Shown here: positions 14,401 to 29,055 of the stretch, one piece after another
Layout of the letters: every line of letters starts with the position of its first letter
Numbering within the stretch: position 1 is the first letter of the stretch
Source: Octopus sinensis
Lineage: Eukaryota
Reading direction: 5' to 3'
Length of the DNA: 64,000 nt
NCBI RefSeq assembly: GCF_006345805.1
Contig: NW_021836300.1
Location: forward strand, 1 to 64,000
The notes under the pieces: model-generated
Told to the model about the DNA's origin: nothing
The model's database searches: none
Seen by the model: only the letters and a program-made list of their open reading frames with translations
Translations under genes and position numbers: made by a program

Positions 14401-14844
14401 GAATATTTATGGAAGATATTTTTTTTTCTGCCTTTAACCCTCCAACATGGAGTATAGGCCACTTATAATTGAATTCTATGTCACATAATTTTTCGCTTCT
14501 GTACTTATACTCTGCCATGAATGTCCCCCTGTCTCTAGTTCCTTTTGTGTTGATCTCCACCACGAGTTCCTAGGCCTACCTCTCTTTCTATATTCATCCG
14601 GTTTCCACTGTCTCTTTTTCATCTCTTTGACTTGTTTCAGTCATTTGACAGTGGCCATGCTGGAGCACCGCCTTTTGGTTGAGCAAATCGACCCCAGGAC
14701 TTATTCTTTGTAAGCCTAGTACTCATCCTATCGGTCTCTTTTGCCGAACCGCTAAGTAACGGGGACGTAAACACACCAGCATCGGTTGTCAAGCGATGTT
14801 TGGGAGACAAACACAGACACACAAACACACACACACACATATAT

Positions 14845-14892
<48 letters not shown>

Positions 14893-17800
14893 GACGGGCT
14901 TCTTTCAGTTTCCGTCCACCAAATCCACTCACAAGGCTTTGGTCGGCCCGAGGCTATAGTAGAAGACATTTGCCCAAGGTGCCATGCAGTGGGACTGAAC
15001 CCGGAACGATGTGGTTGGTAAGCAAGCTAGTTACCTCACAGCCACTCCTATATATATATATATATACGACGGGCTTCTTTTAGTTTCCGTCTACCAAATC
15101 CACTCACAAGGCTTTGGTCGGCCCGAGGCTATAGTAGAAGACACTTGCCCAAGGTGCCGCGCAGTGGGACTGAACCCGGAACCATGTGGTTGGTAAGCAA
15201 GCTACTTACCTCACAGCCACTCCTATATATATATATATAATACGACGGTCTTCTTTTAGTTTCCGTCCACCAAATCCACTCACAAGGCTTTGGTCGACCC
15301 GAGGCTATAGTAGAAGACATTTGCCCAAGGTGCCACGCAGTAGGACTGAACCCGGAACTGTGTGGTTGGTAAGCAAGCTACTTACCACACAGCCACTCCT
15401 ATATATATATATATATACGACGGTCTTCTTTTAGTTTCCGTCTACCAAATCCACTAACAAGGCTTTAGTCAGCCCAAGGCTATAGTAGAAGACACTTGCC
15501 CAAGGTGCCGCGCAGTGGGACTGAACCCGGAACTGTGTGGTTGGTAAGCAAGCTACTTACCACACAGCCACTCCTGCGCTGTGTAAAGCACTTTTTGCTA
15601 CATTTGGTGTTTATTTTCTAATTGTGCTACCAATCCACTTCCACTTTTTCTGAAATATTTGCTCCCTAATCGAAACTTGATTTGTTCTTTGCCATAGCTC
15701 CATATTGCTTATGTGTTGGGGCCATATAATTTTAAATATACTACGCAAGCATCTCTCTCTATATAAACGGCAGTTTGTCTGTCTGCGCGTCTGTGTGTCT
15801 GTTAGGTTGTACCCTCACCCTGACCACGGCTTTCAACCGATTCTGATGAAACTTGACACACGCATAGCCCAATGTCATAATTCGAAACTAACGCAGCGAA
15901 AATTTTGAAAAGTTCCCCCAGTTCTGAAAAACAATCGATAAATTCGACATGCGGGTCGAGAATCAGAAACACAAACCACAGACTGTCTAGGGGACGCAAC
16001 TCGACCTTTTTAACTCTCCAAAAAAAATTTACCATAATTTTTTTCCCCATTCTTTTGCTATTTTTTGGCTATAACTCTCTAAAAATGCTTTATAGTTATT
16101 TCCCTTACAAACCCGAGCAACGCTGGGCAATACTGCTAGTCTGTTGATAAATGATTGAAACAACAAAAGAACAAAGGTTGGAAATACGGAATGGGAAAAT
16201 ACCTGGGGCCTTGCAGGCTTTACGACATTCGTCTTCTGTTTCAAAGTTGTTGGCATTGCCACCACAGCCTGTGAATGCGAACCTTATGCATTTGTTGTCT
16301 TTCTTTGAGAAATGCCAGCGACGAGTGACATTGTGGCACCTGCCAGTATTTCGGGGGAGGTCACAGAGATCTAGTGAAAATAGAGGTCAGAGGTCAAAGT
16401 TCATGTACAGGTTTGTTGTTTGTTTGGTCCTTCTCGAGCCACACCTGGCTCATAAGGGCCGGTTTCCCGGTTTCTTTGGCATATAGGTTCCCCACCTGGA
16501 CAGGACGTCGGTCCATCACAGGTGAGCTGCAAGATGCAGGAGGAAAGAGCGAGAGAAAGTTGTGGCGAAAGAGTCAGCAGAAGTTTCGCCATTAACTTCT
16601 GCCAGATCCGCTTGGAGTTTAGGTGTTTTTGCTCATAAACACACACATCGCCCAGTCTGACATTCGAACCTGCGATCCATCAACCGCGAGTCCGCTGCTC
16701 TAACCACTGGGCCATGTGCTTCCACAATGTTCCTTCTCAAGCCACACCTGGCTCATAAGGGCCGGTTTCCTTGGCGTATAGGTTCCCCACCTGGACGGGA
16801 CGCCGGTCCGTCGCAGGTGAGCTGCAAGACGCAGGAGGAAAGAGTGAGAGAAAGTTGTGGCGAAAGAGTCAGCGGAAGTTTGCCATTACCTTCTGCCAGA
16901 TCCGTGTGGAGCTTAGGTGTTTCGCTCATAAACACACACATCGTCCGGTCTGAGATTCGAACCCACGATCCCTCCACTGCGAGTCTGCTGCTCTAACCAC
17001 TAGGACATGTGCCTCCACCATGTACAGGTGATTAGACTAGAGGTTAGAAGTCCCAGATCCTGGGTATGACTTTAAACTCCATCCAGTAGTGGGGCCCTAG
17101 TTCTGGAGTTATAGGGTTTTGATGAGTGCAGGACCACTTTTTAGTACCCGTTGGTCTCACATCTACTCTGGGCTGGGCCACGCATTGTGTTCTTGAGCAA
17201 AACTCTTCATTTCATATCGCTCCAGTTCACTCAGCTTGGCAAAAATGAGAACTCCTGTGATGGACCAGCATCCGACCACTACCACCAACACCACCACCAC
17301 TGTCACCGTCATCATCATCGTCATCGTCATCGTCATCATCATCATCATCGTCATCATCATCATCATCACCGTCATCATCATCATCATCATTGTCATCGTC
17401 GTTGTCATTTAACATCCGCTTTCCATGCTGGCATGGGTTGGACAGTTCGACTGAGAACTGGCAAGCCGGGAGGCTGCATCAGGCCCCAATCTGATTTGGC
17501 AAGGTTTCTACAGCTGGATGCCCTTCCTAACGCCAACCACTCTGAGCGAGTAGTGGGTGCTTTTAATCCTACAATGGACCAGCGTCCCATCCAGGTGGGG
17601 AATGTAAATGCCATGGAAACGAGGAAGGAACTTTACCTTACTATATCATCTCAGGAGTGGAGGCACGTGGCTTAGTGGTTAGAGCAACAACAACAACAAG
17701 AACAACAACAGCATCATCATCATGAGCAGCAGCAGCAATAGCAATAAGAACAACAACAACAATAATCCTTTCTACTATAGGCACAAGGCCTCAAATTTCG

Positions 17801-20800
17801 GGGAAAGGGATTAGTCACTTATATCGACCCCAGTATGCAACTGGTACTTAATTTATCGACCCCCGAAAGGATGAAAGGTAAAGTCAACCTTGGCGGAATT
17901 TGAACCCAGAACACAGCAACAAGCAAAATGCAGTTAAGTATTTTGTCCAGCACGCTAACGATTCTTATTTCTTTACTGCCCACAAGGGGCTACACACAGA
18001 GGGGACAAACAAGGACAGACAAATGGATTAAGTCGATTATATTGACCCCAGTGCATAACTGGTACTTATTTAATCGACCCCGAAAGGATGAAAGGCAAAG
18101 TTGACCTTGGCGGAATTTGAGCTCAGAACGTAGCGGCAGACGAAATACCTATTTCTTTATTGTCCACAAGGGGCTAAACACAGAGAGGACAAACAAGGAC
18201 AGACAAATGGATTAAGTCGATTATATCGACCCCAGTGCGTAACTGGTACTTATTTAATCGACCCCCGAGAGGATGAAAGGCAAAGTCGACCTTGGCGGAA
18301 TTTGAGATCAGAACGTAACGGCAGACGAAATACCCATTTCTTTATTACCCACAAGGGGCTAAACACAGAGAGGACAAACAAGGACAGACAAATGGATTAA
18401 GTCGATTATATCGACCCCAGTGCGTAACTGGTACTTATTTAATCGACCCCCGAGAGGATGAAAGGCAAAGTCGACCTTGGCGGAATTTGAACTCAGAACG
18501 TAGTGGCAGACGAAATACGGCTACGCATTTCACCCAGCATGCTAACGTTTCTGCCAGCTCGCCGCTTTAACAACAACAACAACAACAACAACAGCCAGAA
18601 TAGATTCAACAACAGTAACAGCATTCACAACAACAAACACACTGGCCCTTTTTTTAACTTACCCTTCATTGGTTTGCAGGCCCTTTCACATTCTTCCCTG
18701 GTCTTGAAGTTATTCTGGTTACCGCCACACCCACTGTACTTGAACTGACTGCATACGCCTTGCAAACTGTCGTGGTACCATGCAGTAATACGAGAGGAGC
18801 ATGGACCCACTATTTTCTGTAGGTGGCACACCTCTGAAATAGACACACAATATGTGTAGGGTGTATATGCTTTTATTCTTTGACTGGTTTCAGTTGTTTG
18901 ACTGCGACCATGCTGGAGCACCGCCTTCAGTCGGGCACATCGACCCCAGGACTTATTCTTTGTAAGCCTAGTACTTATTCCGTCGCTAAGTTATGAGAAT
19001 GTAAACACACCAAATCATGTCATTGATTGGTTGAAGTTACCGAAATAGGCCTACATTAATGTGAAATTCCTTCGTAAATATAATTTTTTCTCAAAAATGC
19101 TAAGAGTAAAACATGTTTTATATGACACATTCTACCATCGTCCGAAATTTGAAAGTGTTTAGTTACAAAAAATTATGTTTTAAATCTGTAGGTCAAAAGG
19201 TAAAGATCCTTATCCCCTGCTAAAACATATATAACCATCTATGGAGCAGTATAGAAAAGTTATATCTTTATATATAAAATTCAAGTTGTGTGTGTGAGAC
19301 TCTGTCTCCTCCGATTTAGATTCCTAACTACTCCCACATTTTGTGGTGCAGTTTAACCAAAAGCGAGTATCTTATAGTCGTCATTCATATTGAGCCCTTA
19401 GTGCGCGTCTACGATGAGTCTACGATTTAAAAAAAATTTACCATCATTTTTCTGCATTTTGAATGATTTTTGCTCGGGTTATATAAGGGAAGTAACTCTC
19501 TAAAAATGCTTATATAGTTATTTCCCTTACAAACCCGAGCAACGCCAGGCGATACTGCTAGTTTAATAATAAAATAGAAGAATAAAAGCAGAATAAAATA
19601 TAATTCAAGCCTCTTCTTATCTCCTCAAAGACATACAGCATCTCGAAAGAGTCCAGAAGCTGGCTACCCACATGGTTCTTGGTTTCAAAAATTTGTCTTA
19701 TGAAGAAAGGCTGAAGACGCTCGACCTTTATTCTCTAGAACAACGCTGCCGCCGTGGTGATCTCATTCTTGCTCACAACATCATAAGTGGAAAGTGTAAC
19801 CTCTCGAAGGAGCTGTTCTTCACTCCTGCTCCAGAGCGTCGGCTGCGGGGTCATTCCGAAAAGCTCTATCTGCGACGACTTCATCTCAATCGAAGGAGAG
19901 GGTCTTTCTCCGTCCGGGTTGCGGTTCCGTGGAATAAGCTGCCGGACGGGATAGTGAAGATGCCGACGACCGCTCGGTTCAAAGTCTCCCTTGACTACAA
20001 GTGGCCTGAACTCTTTACATGAACACCACCCTGTACATAACTCCATGTCCCCCTACATGGCCTTACTTTTTTGATTTTTGAGCCAAATAATTAACTAACT
20101 AACTAACTAATAATAAAATTGTAGAATAAAAGCAGAATGAAATATAATGAATCACTTAGGACCGAATTATTGAATAAAGAAAAGAGAAATATTCTTTCTC
20201 ACTGACCTGGTTTTGGCGTTGGTTTTGTCTGGTTAACTGTGGGAACTGGTTTTGGTGTTCTTGAAGTTATGAAAGTGAAGATTGGGGGTGTCGTTTTAGG
20301 CTCACACTTGTTGCGACATTCCAAGAAAGTGGTGAAGCGGTTCGCATTGCCTCCACATCCGCCATACACAAATCTTTCACATCGGCCCAACTTATTGTTG
20401 AAGAAGTACTGTTCGCTGTAGCTGTAGCAGTTTCCTGGCTCCTTTGGCAACTGGCAGACGTCTATGGAGAAAAGGGGAAATGATGAGGGGTGTATAAGGG
20501 GAGAAAGACCGGAAGACAATGGAATATATATGTAACGATATCATCATCATCATCATCATCATCATCATCGTTTAACGTCCGTTCTCCATGCTAGCATGGG
20601 TTGGACGGTTCGACCGGGGATCTGGGAAGCCAGAAGGCTGCACCAGGCTCCAGTCTAATCTGGCAGTGTTTATACAGCTGGATGCCCTTCCTAATGCCAA
20701 CCACTCCGTGAGTGTAGTGGGTGCTTTTTACGTGCACCTGCACAGGTGCCAGGCGAGGCTGGCAACGGCCACGGTCGGATTGGTGTATTTTATGTGCCAC

Positions 20801-21585
20801 CGGCACGGAAGCCAGACGAGGCGGAGCTGGCATCGGCCACGAGTCGGATAGTGCTTTTTACGTACCACCAGACCAGGGATCCTGGCTGGTTCAATTCGAT
20901 TTCGATTTCGATTCCGATTTCGCTTGCCCCAACATGTCTTCGCAAGCAAGGGGGTTGGCATGGGTGCCTGTCGTACGGTCAGATTGGTGTATTTTACGTG
21001 CCACCGGCACAGAAGCCAGTGGAGGCGGCGCTGGCATGATATGAATAACATATTTTTTCAAATGCAGAATTACGATGAAGCCGTATGAAAGATGGCAGAA
21101 TCCCCAAGGACATACTCTACGGAGGCGCAATGGCCCAGTGGTTAGGGCAGCGGACTCGCGGTCATAGGATCGCGGTTTCAATTCCCAGACCGGGTGTTGT
21201 GAGTGTTTATTGAGCGAAAACACCTAAAGCTCCACGAGGCTCCGGCAGGGGATGGTGGTGATCCCTGCTGAACTCTTTCACCACAACTTTCTCTCACTCT
21301 TACTTCCTGTTTCTGTTGTACCTGTATTTCAAAGGGCCGGCCTTGTCACTCTCTGGGACTTGAACCCACATCCCTCAAGACTCAAACTGAGTGCTTTACC
21401 ATTAAGCTAAACTGCTGTTTGTTGAGAAATTTTTCCACTTTCTAAAGGTGATTCACCTAGTATTTCTGCTGTCTTAACAGCAATTCTGAGTTCAAAATAT
21501 TATCATCTTATTTGTATTATACAATACATATTTTGATGCTTATAAAAAAAGACAAATGCTAGTTTGTATATATTTATATACACGA

Positions 21586-21630
<45 letters not shown>

Positions 21631-21632
21631 TG

Positions 21633-21678
<46 letters not shown>

Positions 21679-21680
21679 TG

Positions 21681-21765
<85 letters not shown>

Positions 21766-21797
21766 ATATATATACATATCTATATACATATATATAA

Positions 21798-21866
<69 letters not shown>

Positions 21867-24800
21867 TATATATATATCATCTTATTTGATGCTTTTTTTC
21901 TATGTGAAATGAAGTGTCCAAAAATTTTGGGGAAATGAAGTGGTACTTATTTATTGACCCCGAAAGGATGAAAGGCAAAGTCGACCTCGGCGGAATTTGA
22001 ACTCAGAACGTAACAGCAGACGAAATACCGTGAAGCATTTTGCCCAGTGTGCTAACGATTCTACCAGTTCACCGCCTTCAGGTAAATTAATTAATAATAC
22101 AAGTCATTAATAATACGATTGTTTTATTGTGCAGTACCTTAGAAAACTCTGAAACTCATCAGACAATCAGGTAAACAAGCGAACGATGACCTCTTGAGTA
22201 ACCCACAGGTATATGTACATGCGTAGGGCGGCGAGCTGGCAGAAATGCTAGCACGCCGGACGAAGTGCTTAGCAGTATTTTGTCTGCCGCTACGTTCTGA
22301 GTTCAAATTCCGCTGAGGTCGACTTTGCCTTTCATCCTTTCGGGGTCGATTAAATAAGTACCAGTTACGCACTGGGGTCGATGTAATCGAATTAATACGT
22401 GAGTCTGTCCTTGTTTGTCCCCTCTATGTTTAGCCCCTTGTGGGTAATACAAGAAATAGGTATTCGTCTGCCGCTACGTTCTGAGTTCAAATTCTGCCGG
22501 GGTCGACTTTGCCTTTCATCCTTTCGGGGTCGATTAAATAAGTACCAGTTACGCACTGGGGTCGATGTAACGAATTAATACGTGAGTCGGTCATTGTTTG
22601 TCCCCTCTATGTTTAGCCCCTTGTGGGTAATAAAGAAATAGGTATATGTACATGCATTCACACACACACACACACGCACACACACACACACACACGCACA
22701 CACACACACGTGTAAGAATACTTGTCTGAATACTCACTTTTCGGCATCGTAGGGGTCCAGGTAGTGTAAGGGGTGGTGGTCATGGATTTCACAACGAAAG
22801 CAGAACACAGCTGTTCACATTTGTAGATTGAGGCAAAGCGGTTGGCATTTCCACCACAGCCGCCGTAGACGAACTGCTCACACTGCCTTGTGACCATATT
22901 GAAGTAATATTGCTCACTGTAGGAATAGCATATTCCTGTTTCTTTCGGTAGAGAACACATATCTGGAAGAGTGGAATGGTAGAAGAGTGGAATAGTGAAT
23001 TAGCAGAATGGTGTCAACGAGAATGGAATGATTTTAAAATTCTTCAACAATAAGAGATGCATTGGAAGATAGATAGCACATTTATATCTTTTGCATCAGT
23101 TTCTTGAACTTGGAAGGTTGAGCCTCAAACTAGGCCCTTTGCAATACCCTTAAAACCTCGAACTTATATTTGAAATTAGAAGGTTGAGCCTCAAACTAGG
23201 CCCTTTGCAATACCCTTAAAACCTGGAACTTGAGGCTCAACCTTCCAAGTTCAAATATAAGTTCCAGGTTTTAAGGGTATTGCAAAGGGCCTAGTTTGAG
23301 GCTCAACCTTCCAATTTCAAATATAAGTTCGAGGTTTTAAGGGTATTGCAAAGGGCCTAGTTTGAGGCTCAACCTTCCAATTTCAAATATAAGTTCGAGG
23401 TTTTAAGGGTATTGCAAAGGGCCTAGTTTGAGGCTCAACCTTCCAAGTTCAAATATAAGTTCCAGGTTTTAAGGGTATTGCAAAGGGCCTAGTTTGAGGC
23501 TCAACCTTCCAAGTTCAAATATAAGTTCCGGGTTACACAACATTGCTATGCATAATGTCACTACTAACACACTGTACGATCACACAACCAACAACATCAT
23601 CATCATTGTTCGACCGTGGTCGAGACAATGGAATTTACCATGCTACGTCAGACTTCACGGTCCATCATGGCATTACGGAGGTCCTGTTGCTGGATGCCTG
23701 TATCCCTGGAGATTACATCAGGGTAGGAGAGTGTGTGCCCTCTGGTATCGCAAGTAGATGGCTTCCAGAGGAGAAGAGTAGAAATTGCTTCGTTTTCAGC
23801 TCTACAACAATGTCCAGCAAACTGGACTCTCCTACCTTTCACAAGAGATGACACAGGTGGTAGTTTCCTATATATTTGTACTTTGGTTGGATGACGCTTC
23901 CACGAGAGATTTTGAGCTCTTATAAGGAGGCGAGTGTAGGTTCCATCCAACTGCCTCTCGAAGAGTGTGTGCCCTCTGGTATCGCGAGTAGATGGCTTCC
24001 AGAGGAGAAGAGTATAAATTGCCTCTTTTTCAACTCAACAACAATGTCCAGCAAACTGGACTCTCCTACCTTTTACAAGAGATGACACAGGTGGTAGTTT
24101 CCCATATATTTGTACTTGGTTGGATGACGCTTCCAGGAGAGATTTTGAGCTCTCATAAGGAGGCGAGTGTAGGTTCCTCCAACTGCCTCTCGAAGAGTGT
24201 GCAACCTCTGGTATTGCGAGTAGATGGCTTCCAGAGGAGAAGAGTAGAAATTACCTCGTTGTCAGCTCTACAACAATGTCCAGCAAACTGGACTCTCCTA
24301 CCTTCACAAGAGATGACACAGGTGGTAGTTTCCCATATATTTGCATTTGGTTGGATGATGCTTCATGAGATTTTGAGCTCTCATAAGGAGGCGAGTGTAG
24401 GTTCTATACAACTGTCTCTTGAAGAGTGTGCGCTCTCTGGTATTGCGAGTAGATGGCTTCCAGAGGAGAAGAGTAGAAATTACCTCTTTTTCAGTTCTAC
24501 AACAATGTCCAGCAAACTGGACTCTCCTACCTTTCACAAGAGATGACACAGGTGGTAGTTTCCCATATATTTGTACTTTGGTTGGATGACGCTTCCACGA
24601 GAGATTTTGAGCTCTTATAAGGAGGCGAGTGTAGGTTCCATCCAACTGCCTCTCGAAGAGTGTGCGCTCTCTGGTATTGCGAGTAGATGGCTTCCAGAGG
24701 AGAAGAGTAGAAATTACCTCTTTTTCAGCTCTGCAACAATGTCCAGCAAACTGGACTCTCCTACCTTTCACAAGAGATGACACAGGTGGTAGTTTCCCAT

Positions 24801-25531
24801 ATATTTGCAACCAACAACACAAGGCTAACTACAACAACAATTGCATCAGCAACAATTATATGCTGACCAACTTTTATCGTGACATACCTTTCGGCTGACA
24901 TATCTTCTCACACTCCTCTTTAGATTCGTAACGGTTATTGTTGCCGCCACAGCCAGAGTAGAGGAACTTCTTGCAGCGACCTTCACCCATGTTGTAGTAC
25001 CATTTATACATAATGTCTGTGCACGACCCGACCTCCTCTTTCAAGTGGCAATAACGAGCTGTGGAGAAAAACAATTAAAGACTATATATATATATATTGA
25101 ACCATTGGGTCGGTCATTAGTTAAGTGTATCTCTACGTGTATATATTTGAATCGAATTGCATATAACAATTTTAATTACAAAAAAAAAACTTTTGGCAAC
25201 TACTGTATATATATTGATAAAAATGGTAAGACAACAAAAGAATGAAAGATACTTCAATATATTGTAAATAGAGGAATTTATCCGTAAAAGTAATATGTGA
25301 CAATTATTTGGTAGCCATGATAAAACTCCGAGTTTCGGATGCCAAGGTGGAAATCCATGCCACCATCTCTTCAGTTATCTGGCCATCGGAAATAATGCTA
25401 TGAAAATCTGCATAGAATTTTAACCGATGGCCAGATAACTGAAGAGATGGTGGCATGGATTTCCACCTTGGCATCCGAAACTTGGAGTTTTATCATGGCT
25501 ACCAAATAATTGTCACATATTACTTTCACAG

Positions 25532-25568
<37 letters not shown>

Positions 25569-25749
25569 ATATATATATATATATATATAATATATATATA
25601 TATGTATGTATGTATATATATGTATATGTATATATTATATATAGATATAGATATATATATATAGTATATATACACATACACACACACATATATATAAAAG
25701 TGTGTATATATATATATATATATATATAAGTATATATGTGTACACACAT

Positions 25750-25781
<32 letters not shown>

Positions 25782-26306
25782 GTATACTCACACACACATA
25801 CATATAAACATGCACATCACAAGCTTTGTTCAGTTTATGTGAACCTAATTCACTGACAAGACATTTGCCTGGACTGAGGCTTACAGTAAAGAACACATGC
25901 GTCTAAGGTGCCATGCAGTGGGACTGAACTGGAAACCATTCGGTAGGGAAGCAAGCTTCTTAACCGTAGGGCCACACTTGCTCATATAAGAAAATCCAAA
26001 AGAACGCGTAGAGAACTTACTGGAAACGACACGCAGTTCCGTTGTTGTCATTGTAGTTGCTGGAGTGGTGAATGGAATATAGGGGGTGGTCCACTCGATC
26101 GATGACCCACACCTGAGACGACATTCTTCGAAGGTCGCGAAACGGTTGGCATTGCCACCACATCCCCCATACACGAACATCTCACATTTACCCTTCAGTG
26201 TGTTGTGGAAATACTGCTCGATGTAGGCGTAGCAGTGTCCCTTTTTCTTGGGCAACAGGCAGACATCTGCATAAACAGGGGGTAACAGCTGTAGGTTAAG
26301 ATTCTT

Positions 26307-26344
<38 letters not shown>

Positions 26345-27314
26345 GAGAAACACACACAAACTCTCTCTCTCTATCTCTCTCACATAAACACACATGCATT
26401 CACACACATGTTCATATATACACACACACATTCATTTATACATCCATACATCCGTCCATACAAACATACATATACGCACACATAAATACATACATACACA
26501 CACATACATTCATTCATTCATCCATACATACACACACACACATATAGAGATACACACACAAATTCTCTCTCTCTCGCATAAACACACATGCATTCATACA
26601 GATGTTCATATATACTCACACACACACACACATTCATTTATACATCCATACATCCGTCCATACAAACATACATATACACACACATAAATACATACATATA
26701 CATATATATGCATACATACACACACACATACATACATTCATACATGCACACACGCACACATGCATACATACATACATAAAAACACACACACACACGCATA
26801 CATACACATATAGAGATACACACAAACTCTCTCTCTCTCTCTCTCTCTCTCGCATAAACACACATGCATTCATACAGATGTTCATATATACTCACACACA
26901 CACACACATTCATTTATACATCCATACATCCGTCCATACAAACATACATATACGCACACATAATTACATACATATACATATATATTCATACATACACACA
27001 CACACAAATACATTCATTCATCCATACATACACACACACACACACACATAAATACATACATACATTCATACATGCACATACGCACACATACATACATACA
27101 TAAAAACACACACACACACACATATAGTGACAGTAACTTCGAAGTTTCGGCTTGTTCTCCTTCAAACTGCCAATCTTTTCCTTGTAGAAGTTTAATAAAT
27201 TTGTACTCTAGTAAAATGTATTGAGTACATTTTAACAGAGTACATGCTTATTGTGCAGTTTAATGTTACATTGTTTACCCATATAACTTGAAATAAAAAC
27301 AAACCTTAAAACAC

Positions 27315-27354
<40 letters not shown>

Positions 27355-29015
27355 TTGGATGAAAATAATGGAAACCATTTTCTATTCAAACCCTTTAGCA
27401 TTCAGATTACTCTATGAAAAATAGTATTATTTAAAAAGCATCTAGTCCACACTGTGAAGTGGTTGCCATTTGGAAGGACAGCCAGCTGTAAAGACCATGC
27501 CACACATCGCCTGGTCTGAGATTCGAACCCGCAATCCCTCGACTGCGAGTCCACTGCTCTAACAACTAGGTCATGTGCCTCCTCATAGTCAATGGTAGAT
27601 GATGCTATCAAGCCATAGAGAAGACAACCCACCAGTGCCGGTGGCACATAAGAGAACCATCCGACCGTGGCATGCTAAAAGCACCATCCGATCGTGGCCA
27701 TTGCCAGCCTCGCCTGGCCTCTGTGCTGGTGGCACGTAAAAAGCACCATCCGATCGTGGCCATTGCCAGCCTCGCCTGGCCTCCGTGCTGGTGGCACGTA
27801 AAAAGCACCATCCAACCGTGGCTGTTTGCCAGCCTCGTCTGTCACCTGTGCCGGTGGCACGTAAAAAGCACCCACTACACTCATGGAGTGGTTGGCGTTA
27901 GGAAGGGCATCCAGCCATAGAAACATTGCCAGATCAGACTGGGCCTGGTGCAGCCTTCTGGCTTCCCAGACCCCAGTTGCACCGTCCAACCCATGCTAGC
28001 ATGGAAAGCACCCACTATACTCACGGAGTGGTTGGCGTTAGGAAGGGCATCCAGCCATAGAAACATTGCCAGATCAGACTGGGCCTGGTGCAGCCTTCTG
28101 GCTTTCCAGACCCCAGTTGCACCGTCCAACCCATGCCAGCATGGAAAGCGGATGCTAAACGATGATGATGATGATGATGATGAAATGTCCGAAATAAAAA
28201 CCATTTAGCAAGGATGTGCGCCATCTGATACCGTTTTGCGCATAAAAGATTATGACATAAATCTCTCTCTATATAAACGGCAGTTTGTCTGTGCGTATTT
28301 CTGTGTGTCTGTTTGCTTGTACCCTCACCCTGACTACGGCTTTCAACCGATTCTGATGAAACTTGACACACACATAGCCCAATGTCATAATTCAAAACTA
28401 ACGCAGCGAAAATTTTGAAAAGTTCCCCCAGTTCTGAAAAAAATCGATAAATTCGACATGGGGTCGAGAATCAGAAACACAAACTGTCTAGGGGACGCAA
28501 CTCCACCTTTTTTAACTCTCGAAAAAAATTTACCATCATTTTTTCCCATTTTTTTGCTATTTTTTGGCTATAACTCTCTAAAAATGCTTTATAGTTATTT
28601 CCCTTACAAACCTGAGCAACGCCGGGCGATACTGCTAGTATGTTATAATTTCATCCATGGATGACTAATAATACATACACACTGCTCAAAAACACACATG
28701 TACATGCATACGCACACTTGTCATTTGACCTATTAGAAACAGCAGCCAAACGGCACCAAATGATACCTACCACATTGAAAAGAAAAAAAAAAAACCTCAG
28801 AGGACACACAGACAATGTGGTCCTTGATATCCTGCAACTGAAAAGGAAAAAGACCCACAAAACTGGTTGGACATGGTTGGACATGGCTGGAAAGCCTTTC
28901 AGCCGTAGGTCAACTTTAGACAACACAAACATCTACATGCACACACCACATGTATAGTACTGACTGAAACATGTAAAAGATAAACAAACAAACACACACA
29001 CACATGTATATGAAA

Positions 29016-29055
<40 letters not shown>

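Larger units (their letters stand above)
25287..25526. repeat. Long inverted repeat (103-bp arms, 34-nt spacer)
   Basis: Arms 25287-25389 and 25424-25526 are nearly perfect reverse complements. Confidence 0.95.

Noticed and set aside
21121-21195. tRNA-like sequences (also 39685-39755)
   Set aside because: A and B boxes are present but run into SINE bodies and lack a proper acceptor stem; these are SINE heads, not tRNA genes.
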